Source: an uncultured Alphaproteobacteria bacterium (GTDB lineage Bacteria > Pseudomonadota > Alphaproteobacteria > Rhizobiales > Beijerinckiaceae). From it: a stretch of 64,000 bases of DNA. Location of the stretch: positions 4,873 to 68,872 of the forward strand of contig CAWCTS010000039.1 of the NCBI GenBank assembly GCA_963798515.1. Direction: 5' to 3'. Under the pieces are notes generated by a model that worked only from the letters and a program-made list of their open reading frames with translations, did no database searches and was not told where the DNA came from. Below are positions 37,684 through 47,567 of the stretch, piece by piece (the stretch's first letter is position 1; each line of letters opens with the position of its first letter). Position numbers and translations under genes: made by a program.

Positions 37684-39216
37684 TCATCCCCCCACATCCG
37701 TGTTCAGCACCTCCACGCCGCGAAACCTTGCGCAGGGCGCGCCGTGGGAGACGGGGGCGAGCTGCATCGGCTCGGCCTTGCCGCAGGTGAAGACGCCCCA
37801 GAGCGCATAGGTCGAGGCGTCGCCGAGCCCGTCGAGCCCGCTCCAGAAATCGAGCGTGCGCCCCTGATAGGCGGCGCCCTGCACCATCTCGCCGAGCTTG
37901 CCGTTCTTGATCTCGTAGAAAAGCTGGCCGCCGAACTGGAAATTGTCGCGCTGCTGATCGATGCTCCAGCTTCCTGCGCCAACCACATAAAGCCCGTCCT
38001 CGACGCCCGCGATCAGCTCGTCGCGCGAGCAGGCCTGTTCATTGGGCTTGAGCGAGATATTCGGCATGCGCTGCAGCGGGAAGGCGCAGAGATCGTCGGC
38101 ATAGGCGCAGCCGTTCGTCATCGGCAGGCCGAGATAATGCGCCTGGCCGATCGCCATCTGGAAGTTCTTGAAGACGCCCTCCTCGACGATGTTGAAATCG
38201 GCGAAGGCCGCCGGCGCGCCGTCGTCGTCATAGCCGATCGTCGCCAAGCCACCCTCCTGGCGCCGGTCGGCGAAGATCGTCATGAGGTCGGAGCCGAAGC
38301 GCAGATTGCTCAGCCGATGCGGCTTCACAAAGGTCGTTCCTGCGAAATTCGCCTCCCAGCCGAGCGCGCGGTCGAGCTCGGTCGAATGGCCGACCGTCTC
38401 GTGGATGGTGAGGAACAGATTGCTCGGATCGATGACGAGATCGCGCTTTCCCGCCACGACGGGCTTGGCGTTGACCTTCTGGCGCGCTTCCTCCGCGCCG
38501 CGCCGCGCATCCTCGATGAGACCGCAGGACTCGACATAATCCCAGCCGGCGCCGCGCGGCGGGATGAGGCTGTCGCGCGAGGCGAAGCGCCCGCTCGCCT
38601 TATCGACGGCGGTGATCTGGAACTCGGGCCATACGCGCGTGCGGCTTTGCCAGATGCGCGCGCCGCGGCTGTTGGCGAAGAGCCGCTCCTCGCGCGCCGA
38701 CTGGAATTGCGAGGTGCAGAAATCGGCGCCGGCGTCGCGCGCCGCGGCGTTGACGGCGAGCAGCAGATCCGCCTTCTTGGCCAAGGACACGGCGAAGGGA
38801 TCGACGCCCAGCGCCATCTCCCAGCGGTCCTCGACGACGGGCAGCGCCTCGAGCGCGATCGGCGCGCCCTGAATGGGCTCGACCGCCCGCGCATTGGCGA
38901 GCGCGGTCTCCACGGCGCGGCGAATGGCTTCCGGTGTGAGGGACGTCGCGCCGCAAAAGCCCCAGGAGCCGCGCCGCAGCACGCGCAGGCCGAAGCCCCA
39001 GCTCTCGCCGCTCCAGACCGTCTCCAGCCTTTCGTCGCGCGCGCAAAGATAATCTTGCAAGGTCGCGCCGAGCCGGATGTCGGCGTAGTCGGCGCCGCCT
39101 TGCTGCGCGAGCGAGAGCGCAAGCTCGGCGAGCGCGAGCCGCGCGGCTTCGTCGGGCGGGGTGGCGTCGGATAGGGGGCGGGAGGCCCGGCGGCGAGAGC
39201 GAAACGGCGCGTTCAT
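37684..39216 (-). CDS. tldD: TldD/PmbA family metalloprotease (TldD-type)
   Basis: GADYADIR, GFGLRV, HETVGHSTELDR, YDDDG, RMPN, FQFG, CGKAEP. Confidence 0.88.
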   Translation of the reverse strand: MNAPFRSRRRASRPLSDATPPDEAARLALAELALSLAQQGGADYADIRLGATLQDYLCARDERLETVWSGESWGFGLRVLRRGSWGFCGATSLTPEAIRRAVETALANARAVEPIQGAPIALEALPVVEDRWEMALGVDPFAVSLAKKADLLLAVNAAARDAGADFCTSQFQSAREERLFANSRGARIWQSRTRVWPEFQITAVDKASGRFASRDSLIPPRGAGWDYVESCGLIEDARRGAEEARQKVNAKPVVAGKRDLVIDPSNLFLTIHETVGHSTELDRALGWEANFAGTTFVKPHRLSNLRFGSDLMTIFADRRQEGGLATIGYDDDGAPAAFADFNIVEEGVFKNFQMAIGQAHYLGLPMTNGCAYADDLCAFPLQRMPNISLKPNEQACSRDELIAGVEDGLYVVGAGSWSIDQQRDNFQFGGQLFYEIKNGKLGEMVQGAAYQGRTLDFWSGLDGLGDASTYALWGVFTCGKAEPMQLAPVSHGAPCARFRGVEVLNTDVGG

Positions 39217-39374
39217 GGTGATGAAGTTTAGCGACGATGAGACGGAGAAGGAAGGGCAGGCCGGAAAGCGGCGCGGACACTTGGGTGCAAGGGGCGCATA
39301 GGTTTGACCCCCGCACGCCCCCGCCCTACAACCGCGCCATCCTCAAAAGATCGCGCAAAGCCTCTCAGCAAGCC

Positions 39375-40449
39375 ATGTCCCACAACAGCTTCGGCCATCT
39401 CTTCCGCGTCACGACCTTCGGCGAGAGCCATGGGCCGGCGCTGGGCGCGATCGTCGACGGCTGTCCGCCGCGCATTCCGTTGACGGCGGAAGAAATCCAG
39501 CTGTTCCTGGACAAGCGCAAGCCCGGCCAATCGCGCTTCACGACGCAGCGGCGCGAGGACGACGCGGTCAAGATTCTCTCCGGCGTCTTCACGGACGATG
39601 ACGGGACGGCAGGTGACAACCGGCGCGCCGATCGCGCTCGTCATCGAAAACACGGATCAGCGCTCGAAGGACTATGCCGAGATCGCGCAGAAATACCGGC
39701 CGGGCCACGCCGATTACGTCTACGACGCCAAATACGGCATTCGCGACTATCGCGGCGGCGGGCGCTCCTCGGCGCGCGAGACGGCGGCGCGCGTCGCCGC
39801 CGGCGCCTTGGCGCGCAAGGTAGTGGCGGGCGTCACGATCCGTGGCGCGCTCGTGCAGATCGGCCCGCACAAGATCGACCGCGCGCGCTTCGACTGGGCC
39901 GAGGTCGACAAAAACCCCTTCTTCTGCCCGGACCGCGAGGCCGCCGCGCGCTGGGAGGAGTATCTCGACGGCGTTCGCAAATCCGGCTCCTCCATCGGCG
40001 CCGTGATCGAGCTCGAGGCGACGGGCGTTCCTGTCGGCTGGGGCGCGCCGCTCTATGGCAAGCTCGACGCGGAGCTCGCCGCGGCGCTCATGTCGATCAA
40101 TGCGGTGAAGGGCGTCGAGATTGGCGCAGGCTTTGCGGCGGCGGAGCTCACGGGCGAGGACAACGCCGACGAGATGCGCAAGGGCCCGACCTTCCTCTCC
40201 AATCACGCGGGCGGGGTTCTCGGCGGCATTTCCACCGGCCAGCCCATCGTCGCGCGCTTCGCGGTGAAGCCCACCTCGTCGATCCTCACGCCGCGCAAAA
40301 CGATCGACCGCGCGGGCGAGGAGACGGAGATCGTCACCAAGGGCCGCCACGATCCCTGTGTCGGGATAAGAGCCGTGCCCGTCGGCGAGGCGATGATGGC
40401 CTGCGTGCTCGCCGACCAATTTTTGCGCCATCGCGGGCAGGTGGGGTGA
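39375..40449 (+). CDS. aroC: Chorismate synthase; apparent +1 frameshift at 39603-39605
   Basis: GESHG; then [46 protein letters not shown] in the next frame. Confidence 0.93.
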
Positions 40450-41448
40450 GGCTCACGCGCCGCGCCGCGCTGATTCTGGGCGCGCTCGCTCCGCTGCCAT
40501 TGCGCGCCGAAACGCGCGAAAACTGCTGCTCATTCTGCCGCCGGAAAACGTCGGCGCCGCACGATCCCGGCCCCGGCGCCTATGATCGTCCCGAGCGTCT
40601 CGCCGCCGTGCGCCGCGCGCTGGCGCGCAGCGAATTCGCGGGCGTCCCGCGGGTCGAAGCGCCGAAGGCGAGCCTCGAGGCTCTGCTCGCCGTTCATGAC
40701 ACCACCTATGTCGAACGCCTGCGCGCCGCCTCGCCGCGCGAGGGCTACTCGCGCCTCGGCCCCGACGTCGTCATGAGCCCCGGCACGCTCGACGCAGCGC
40801 TCATCGCCGCAGGTGGCGCGGTGCTGGCGACCGACGCCGTCCTGCAGGGCAGAGCGAGAGCGGCCTTTGTCGCGACGCGTCCGCCGGGGCATCATGCGCT
40901 GCCCGATGAAGCCATGGGCTTCTGCTTCTTCAACAACGCCGCCATCGCCACGCGCCATGCGCTCGCCTGGGGCGCGGAGCGCGTCGCGATCCTCGATTTC
41001 GACGCGCATCACGGCAATGGCGTGCAGAAGATTTTTTGGGGCGAGAAGCGCGCGCTCTACGCCTCGACGCATCAGATGCCGCTTTTTCCCGGCACGGGCG
41101 CGGTCTCGGAGCAGGGCGAGCACGGCAATATCGTCAATGCGCCGCTTTCAAAGGGCGACGGCGGCGCGGTCTTCGCCGCCGCCTGGCGCGAGCGCATCTT
41201 CCCGGCGCTCGAAGCCTTCTCCCCCGACCTCCTGATCCTCTGCGCGGGCTTTGACGGGCATCGGCACGATCCGCTCGCCGGGCTGCGGCTTTGAGCCGGA
41301 AGATTTTCGCGCGCTCACGCTTCGGCTGCGCGACTTCGCAGAGAAGCGCTGCAACGGCCGGATCGTGTCGCTGCTCGAAGGCGGCTATCGCCCGGAAGAT
41401 CTGGAGCGGAGCGTCGCCGCGCATGCCGGGGCGCTGGCCGAAGTCTGA
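40446..41448 (+). CDS. Histone-deacetylase family amidohydrolase with Tat-like leader; apparent frameshift at 41290-41292
   Basis: [26 protein letters not shown]; LLEGGY in the shifted frame; GTG overlaps the aroC stop. Confidence 0.85.
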
Positions 41449-41544
41449 TCGCGTGAACCTTTTCCCTCAGATCGCGCGCTTCGCCCACGCTTTCGTCCAA
41501 AATGGCTGCGAGCATGGCTCCCAATGGATGTGGGGAGTGGTCGA

Positions 41545-42706
41545 ATGAAGCGTCTCATCGTTTGCTGCGACGGCACATGGAACAATGCGGACAGCAAGGA
41601 CGCCGAGACGAATGTGGCGCTCATGGCGCGCGCGATCCACGCCAATCCCAAGGAGGGGCCGCAGCAGATCGTGCTTTATCTGCGCGGTGTCGGCTCGTCG
41701 GGGCTCTTGGCGGAGACCTTATGGGAAGGCGCGACCGGCTATGGTCTCGATGAGAACATCCGCTCCGCCTATATGTTCATCGCGCAGAATTATGTGCCCG
41801 GCGACGAGATCTTCTGCTTCGGCTTCTCGCGCGGAGCCTTCACCGCGCGCAGCCTCGTCGGCTTCATCGCGGCTTGCGGAATCCTGAAGCGACAGAGCCT
41901 CGGCGATCTCGTCGACGCCTGGGACTATTACCGGGATGCGAGCAAGAAGCCGCACTCGCCGCAAGCCTTCATGAGGCTCAACAGCTGCGACTGCCACACC
42001 GACGCGAAAATCAAATTCCTCGGGGTCTGGGACACGGTCGGCTGCCTCGGCATTCCCGGTCAGCTCCTGTCGGCGGAAAACGAGAGCCGTTTCGCTTTCC
42101 ACGACACCGGCCCTTGCGCGATCGTCGAGCACGCCTGTCACGCGCTGGCGATCGACGAGCATCGCGAGCAATTCGTTCCGACGCTGTGGACCGGCGCAGC
42201 GCCGCAGGGCGTGAACATCGAGCAGGTCTGGTTTGCGGGCGCGCATGCGGATGTCGGCGGGGGCTATGTCACGCGGGCGCTCGCCGACATCCCGCTCGTC
42301 TGGATGGCGAAGAAGGCCGAGGGGCCGGACCAAAGTCAGCTTGCGCTGGACTGGTCTTGCCTGCCCGATCCGGCCAAGCTCAATCCCCTGGCGCCGGCGC
42401 ATGATTCGCGCGACGGGGTCTTCCGCATCGACCGCTTGCGTCCGACGTTCCGGGAGATCGCCGAGACGCCCTGCGAGGTCTCCTTTTACGAGACGCTCTA
42501 CGCGCCCAGCCAGGACGGGAAGCGGCTTGCGACGATCAATCAGGCCATACATTCCAGCGTCGTCACGCGTTTCAAGCAGAAGGCAAAATTCTGCAAGGAC
42601 GACAATTCTCGGAAAATGCGAGGATCAAATCTACGAGGCGCGCAATCTCGCGGCCTTGTTCGAGGAGAAGAACACATTCGGCGGCAAGCCGCCCGTGGCG
42701 GATTGA
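41545..42706 (+). CDS. DUF2235 (Tle1-like alpha/beta hydrolase); probable frameshift near 42610
   Basis: CCDGTWN, GFSRGAFTAR, GVWDTV, HALAIDE, WFAGAHADVGGG. Confidence 0.85.
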
Positions 42707-42715
42707 GCGGCGGGG

Positions 42716-44054
42716 TCACCCCACCTCGAACCACGTCGCGACGCCCGCCGCCTCATGCTCCAGAATATCGTCGTGCAGCGCCCATTTGCCGAGGCTGTCT
42801 GCCAAAAAGGCGGCGTGCTTGACCTTGCCGGGCGGCGCGACGACGGTGTTGCGCCAATAGGGCTCCCAGCCGTCGTCGAGATCGTGCAGCAGCCGCATGC
42901 AGTGGCCGTGCACATGCATGGCGAGGGGCACGCTGCTGCGATTGTCGAAGCCGAGCGTGACCGGCGTCCCGCGCTTGACGCGAAACAGCGGATCGCCCGC
43001 ATAGGCCTTGCTCGGCTGGCCGTTGAGCGTCCAGCGGCCGTTATCCTGCGCGATGACGAGATCGACCTTCTTTGAGTGCTCGAGGTGGATGACTGGCGGC
43101 AGCGCCGGATTTTGCGCGAGCCCCCGGATCGCCTCGCGCGGCGCGCGGGGAGCGCCCTTTCGTCGAGAAAATCAGCAAGTCCTGATCCTTGCCGTCGGCC
43201 GAGCGCGAGATCACCCGCGCATTCGCGCCCTCGGTCGCCGGCAGATCGAACATCAGCTCGTAGCGCGCGCCGGGCGTGACCGGAATGGTGTTGCGCAGCG
43301 GCGGAAAGCGGTCGCAGGGCTGGCTGTCGACCGCGATCACATCGGGCGACAGGCCGTCGAAGCTCACCGCCATGATGCGGGCGTTGCAGTGATTGGCGAG
43401 GCGTAGCCGCACGCGCGAGCCAGGCGGGAACTCGAAGCTTTTGGGCGCGGGCGCGCCGTTGACGGCGATGAGATTGCCGATCCGCCCCGCGCCTTTCGCC
43501 TCATTGGCGTTGGCGAAATCGCCCTCGATGACCCCCTTGGCGTCGAGCCGCCAGTCGTCGAGAAGGACGAGGAGGTCCGCGTCGCTCTCGAGCGGCCTGG
43601 CTTCCTCGACGAGGAGCAGACCCTTGAGGCCGCGCCCGTTGAGCTCACCCGCCTCCTTGAAGACGCCGGGGCGGTAGCAGAAGAGGCCGGGGTCATCGAG
43701 CCGACGCTTATAGTCGAAGCTCCCGCCCGGTGGGACCGCCGCCTGCGTCAGCGGCGCGACGCCGTCCATGGCGTTCTCGCCGCGCAGGCCCGGCCAGGTG
43801 AGGCTCATGGGCTTGTCGGTCTTATTGACCAGCCGGACGAACAGCGTGTCCCCCTGCCGGTAGCGCAGCAGCGGGCCGGGCGAGACGCCGTCGAAGCCCA
43901 GAATCTCGGTCTCGGGCGCGGGGGCGGGCAGGAGCTGCGCCTTGCCGGGGCGGGCCTCCAGAATGCGGGGCCCCGGCTCCTCGGCGCGGGCCGGGAAGGG
44001 CAGCGCCAGGGCGCCGACGCCGGCGAGAAGGGCGCGGCGGGTGGGAAGAGGCAT
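42716..44054 (-). CDS. Multicopper-oxidase-fold protein with Tat signal and degenerate Cu sites; +1 frameshift at ~43158
   Basis: PTRRALL, PGPLLR, MDGVAPLTQ, RVRLRLAN, PGARYE, MHVHGH, WRNT, GKWALH. Confidence 0.82.
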
Positions 44055-44234
44055 GTCGGCGTCCGGGGTTCAGGGGGCTCGCGAAGCCCTCGTTCTAGCC
44101 CGACCCTTAGGCGGAGGGGAAACCGGGCGGCTCAGGCGCGGCAAATTTGTGCTGCGCTCCCTCCCGGCCCTTGCTATAGAGCCGGCGCGGCTCTGGCGCG
44201 GAACGCCGGTCGGTCGTCTCGACGGGCAGCCGTC

Positions 44235-44319
44235 GCGGGCGTGGCGGAACTGGTAGACGCGCCGGATTTAGGTTCCGGTGACGCAAGTCGTGGGGGTTCG
44301 ACTCCCTCCGCCCGCACCA
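44235..44319 (+). tRNA. tRNA-Leu (anticodon TAG)
   Basis: GCGGGCG/CGCCCGC acceptor stem with ACCA end, CCGGA-TTTAGGT-TCCGG anticodon arm, long variable arm, GGTTCGACTCC T-loop; upstream of tig. Confidence 0.97.
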
Positions 44320-44396
44320 GCAGAGAACGTCAAGTCGACGGATGGCGTAAGCCGCAAGGCTTCGCAGCCGCAATATCATTGCAAGAGGCTGATGAA

Positions 44397-45752
44397 ATGC
44401 AGGTTACCCAAACCCTTTCCGAGGGCTTGAAGCAGGAATTCAAGGTGGTTCTGCCGGCGAGCGATCTCGCGGCGAAACTCAAGTCGCAGCTCGCCGAAGT
44501 GCGCGCCAAGGCGCAGATCAAGGGCTTTCGCCCCGGCAAGGCGCCGATCGCCCACCTGAAGAAGCTTTACGGCAAGAGCATCATGGGCGAGGTCCTGCAG
44601 GAGGCCGTCAACGACGCCAACCGCAAGATCGTCGAGGAGAACAAGCTGCGCGTGGCGAGCGGCCCGCAGCTCGATCTGCCCGAGGACCGCGAGACGATCG
44701 AGAAGCTGCTCGAGGCCGCGGGCGATTTCGCCTTCGTCGTGAAGTTCGAGACGCTGCCGAGTTTCGAGATCGGCACTTTCGACGACATTTCGCTTGAGCG
44801 CCCCGTCGCTCCGGTCTCCGACGAGGAGGTGGAGAAGGCGGTGAACCAGTTCGCGGAGCGACTGCGCGAGTATGAGCCGCGCGCCGAGGAAGGCGCCAAG
44901 GCCGAGAAGGGCGACAAGCTCACGATCGACTTCGAGGGCAAGCTCGACGGCGTTCCCTTCGAGGGCGGAACCGGCGGCGACGTCGATCTCGTGCTCGGCT
45001 CCGGCATGTTCATCCCCGGCTTCGAGGAGCAGCTCGAGGGCGTCGCCAAAGGCGACAAGCGTCTCGTGAAGACGCGCTTCCCCGAGGATTATTCTGCGGC
45101 CAATCTCGCCGGCAAGGAAGCCGAGTTCGACGTGACGGTGAAGGAGGTCTCGGCCCCGAAGCCTCTGGCGATCGACGACGAGCTTTCCAAGAAATACGGC
45201 TTCGAGTCGCTCGAGGCGATGCGCGCCGCGGTGCGCGCCAATATCGAGGCGGATTTCGACAAGGCCTCGCGCGACAAGCTGAAGCGCAAGCTCCTCGACG
45301 CGCTCGACAAGCGCTATTCCTTCGATCTGCCGGAAAGCTTGGTCGAGCAGGAGTTCCAGACCATCTGGCGCGAGGTCGAGAAGGAGCGCAGCAAGCCCAA
45401 TTCGACGGAATTCGAGGGCAAGAGCGAAGAGGAATTGCGCGCCGACTATCGCGCGATCGCCGAGCGCCGCGTGCGCCTCGGCCTCGTCCTGGCCGAGATC
45501 GGCCAGAGCGCCGGCGTGACGGTCGACGAGAAGGACCTGACCGAGGCCGTCGTCGAGCGCGCGCGTCAATTCCCGGGCCAGGAGAAGCAGATCTGGGACT
45601 TCTACCGCAACAACGAGCAGGCGCTCGCCTCTCTGCGCGCCCCGATCTATGAGGAGCGCGTCGTGGCGCATCTCTCCGGCCTCGTGAAGATCGCGGACAA
45701 GACCGTCACGCGCGAGGAGCTCTTCGCGGAAGACGAGGAAGACGCGGCCTGA
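44397..45752 (+). CDS. tig: Trigger factor
   Basis: MQVTQTLSEGLK, GFRPGK, IDFEG..FEGG, FIPGFEEQL, AERRVRLGL. Confidence 0.97.
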   Translation: MQVTQTLSEGLKQEFKVVLPASDLAAKLKSQLAEVRAKAQIKGFRPGKAPIAHLKKLYGKSIMGEVLQEAVNDANRKIVEENKLRVASGPQLDLPEDRETIEKLLEAAGDFAFVVKFETLPSFEIGTFDDISLERPVAPVSDEEVEKAVNQFAERLREYEPRAEEGAKAEKGDKLTIDFEGKLDGVPFEGGTGGDVDLVLGSGMFIPGFEEQLEGVAKGDKRLVKTRFPEDYSAANLAGKEAEFDVTVKEVSAPKPLAIDDELSKKYGFESLEAMRAAVRANIEADFDKASRDKLKRKLLDALDKRYSFDLPESLVEQEFQTIWREVEKERSKPNSTEFEGKSEEELRADYRAIAERRVRLGLVLAEIGQSAGVTVDEKDLTEAVVERARQFPGQEKQIWDFYRNNEQALASLRAPIYEERVVAHLSGLVKIADKTVTREELFAEDEEDAA

Positions 45753-45754
45753 TC

Positions 45755-45781
45755 TCATGGCCGGGCTTGGCCCGGCCATCC
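45755..45781. repeat. REP-like palindrome immediately after tig
   Basis: ATGGCCGGG-CTTGG-CCCGGCCAT resembles the TCATGGCCGGGCTTGTCCCGGCCATC REP family of Hyphomicrobiales. Confidence 0.65.
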
Positions 45782-45822
45782 GCCGCCGTGCAGCTCTGGC
45801 GTCACATTCAACGGAGCCCGTC

Positions 45823-46434
45823 GTGACCGAACTCGCTTCCGCGCCTTCCGACGTCCGCTCCCGCCGCGTCGTCGACCCGACCGATCCGCGCTGGCGGCGC
45901 CTGCTCGCGCAAATTCAGAAAGACTCGCTGCAGATCGGCGACTTCACCCTCTCTTCCGGACGCAAGAGCCGCTTCATCTTTCAGCTGCGCCAGACGACGC
46001 TGCATCCCGAAGGCGCCTGCCTCTCCGCTGAGATCATCGTCGATTACATGCGCGCGCAGGGGCTGCGTCACATCGGCGGCCTCGTGCTCGGCGCGGTGCC
46101 GATCGTGGCGAGCGTCGCGGCGGTGAGCCACGCCCGAGGCGCGCCGGTCTTCGCCTTCTTCGTGCGGAAGGAAGCGAAGGGTCATGGCGCGCGCGAGATC
46201 ATCGACGGCTATACCGGCGGGGGTGCCGAGGTGCTGCTCGTCGACGATGTCGCGACGACCGGCGGCTCGATCCTCAAAGCGCTCGCGATCCTAAAGGAAG
46301 AGGGCTTCAAGGGCCGCGTGACCAAGGCGCTCGTCGTCATCGACCGGGAGGAAGGCGCGGCGGAAAATCTCGCGCACGAAGGAATCGAACTCGTCTCGAT
46401 CTTCAAGAAGAGCGATTTCGAGATCGGCGCCTGA
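45823..46434 (+). CDS. pyrE: Orotate phosphoribosyltransferase
   Basis: GDFTLSSGRKS, GGLVLGAVP, FVRKEAKGHG, VDDVATTGGS, DREEG. Confidence 0.9.
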   Translation: MTELASAPSDVRSRRVVDPTDPRWRRLLAQIQKDSLQIGDFTLSSGRKSRFIFQLRQTTLHPEGACLSAEIIVDYMRAQGLRHIGGLVLGAVPIVASVAAVSHARGAPVFAFFVRKEAKGHGAREIIDGYTGGGAEVLLVDDVATTGGSILKALAILKEEGFKGRVTKALVVIDREEGAAENLAHEGIELVSIFKKSDFEIGA

Positions 46435-46449
46435 GCGGTCCCTCGCGCT

Positions 46450-47418
46450 TCACAAGTTGAAAAGCCTCACGGCGTTGAGGCGGCCGATCTTCTCTCGGTC
46501 GTTTTCGGCGATGCTCGCGCTATCGAACCAAGTCGCGGCTTCGCTGATCTCCTCGAAGGGATAGTCGGTCGAAAACAGCACCCTGTCCGAGCCGATCTCC
46601 GAGAGCGTGCTCAACAGGGCTTGGGTGCGAAACGAGCCCGAGGTCGTGACGTAGAAATTCTCTCGGAAATATTCCTGGAAGTTCTTTTTGATCGCAAGCC
46701 CGCGCGGCGCGGTCGCTACGCGATGATCCACGCGCCAAATGAGGAAGGGCAGACCTTCCCCATGATGCCCCAAGATGACCTGCAGCTTGGGATGGCGGTC
46801 GAAAAGACCGCCGCCCATCAGCCGGAGGGCATGCGTCGCCGTCTCCACGCCGAAAGCCCAGGCCGAGCCGAGAAGCCACGGGTGACCCTCGTAGATGCGG
46901 GAGCGCGACGCCAAGGGATCGCGCGGATGCAGATAGAAGGGGCGGTCGAGCTTTGCGTATTCGGCCCAGAAAGCCTCGTAGCGAGGCTCGTCGAGATAGA
47001 CGGCCGTGTCTTCCTCGCCGATCTGCGAGAAGCCGTTGACGAGCGCGCCCACGAATCCGAGCTCGGCGACGCAGCGCTTCGCCTCGAGGATCGCGGCGTC
47101 CGGGTCCTGCATTGGAAGCGCGGCGAAACCACGGAATCGATCGCGGCGTCGCGAGACATGCTCGGCGAGCAGATCATTGGCGCGCCTGGCCGTGTCGACG
47201 GCCTTGGACGCGTCGCTGATCGCCTGGATGGCCGGCGCGTTCAGCGAGACGATCATCATCTCCATGTCATATTGGTCCATGCGCCTCAGGCGCAGCTCAT
47301 CGACATCGAGAAGACAATTCTTCATCTCGCTCCATTTTCCCTCCACGAAATACTCTTGCGAGTCGCCGAGCGTGTCGGGATGTGAGAAATGCTCTTCGAG
47401 GCCGATCTTGGCATTCAT
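46450..47418 (-). CDS. Amidohydrolase-2 family aromatic-acid decarboxylase (gamma-resorcylate/dihydroxybenzoate decarboxylase-like)
   Basis: LEEH, GFAALPMQDP, YLHP, GHHGE, TTSG, FSTDYPFE. Confidence 0.83.
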   Translation of the reverse strand: MNAKIGLEEHFSHPDTLGDSQEYFVEGKWSEMKNCLLDVDELRLRRMDQYDMEMMIVSLNAPAIQAISDASKAVDTARRANDLLAEHVSRRRDRFRGFAALPMQDPDAAILEAKRCVAELGFVGALVNGFSQIGEEDTAVYLDEPRYEAFWAEYAKLDRPFYLHPRDPLASRSRIYEGHPWLLGSAWAFGVETATHALRLMGGGLFDRHPKLQVILGHHGEGLPFLIWRVDHRVATAPRGLAIKKNFQEYFRENFYVTTSGSFRTQALLSTLSEIGSDRVLFSTDYPFEEISEAATWFDSASIAENDREKIGRLNAVRLFNL

Positions 47419-47567
47419 GCTTGCGCCTCCAAAAGCGTCCGAAATCGTTCAAATCGTCGCGCAAAAGCGCGCACAGTTCAAGGCGAATGACGTCTCGCCC
47501 GGCTTGTCCGAGATTGCCACCCGCGCGCGCTTGGGGCTAGTCTCGCCCCAAAAGTGCGGAGAAAAGC

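Noticed and set aside
39237-41294. 685-aa AroC-HDAC fusion ORF in the track
   Set aside because: Artefact of the +1 frameshift in aroC running into the HDAC frame
41545-42706. T6SS Tle1 effector-immunity pair
   Set aside because: DUF2235 fold only; no vgrG, PAAR or immunity lipoprotein adjacent
44235-44319. tRNA-Leu as an integration site for an island or prophage
   Set aside because: Followed directly by tig in the usual arrangement; no integrase or duplicated tRNA 3' end seen
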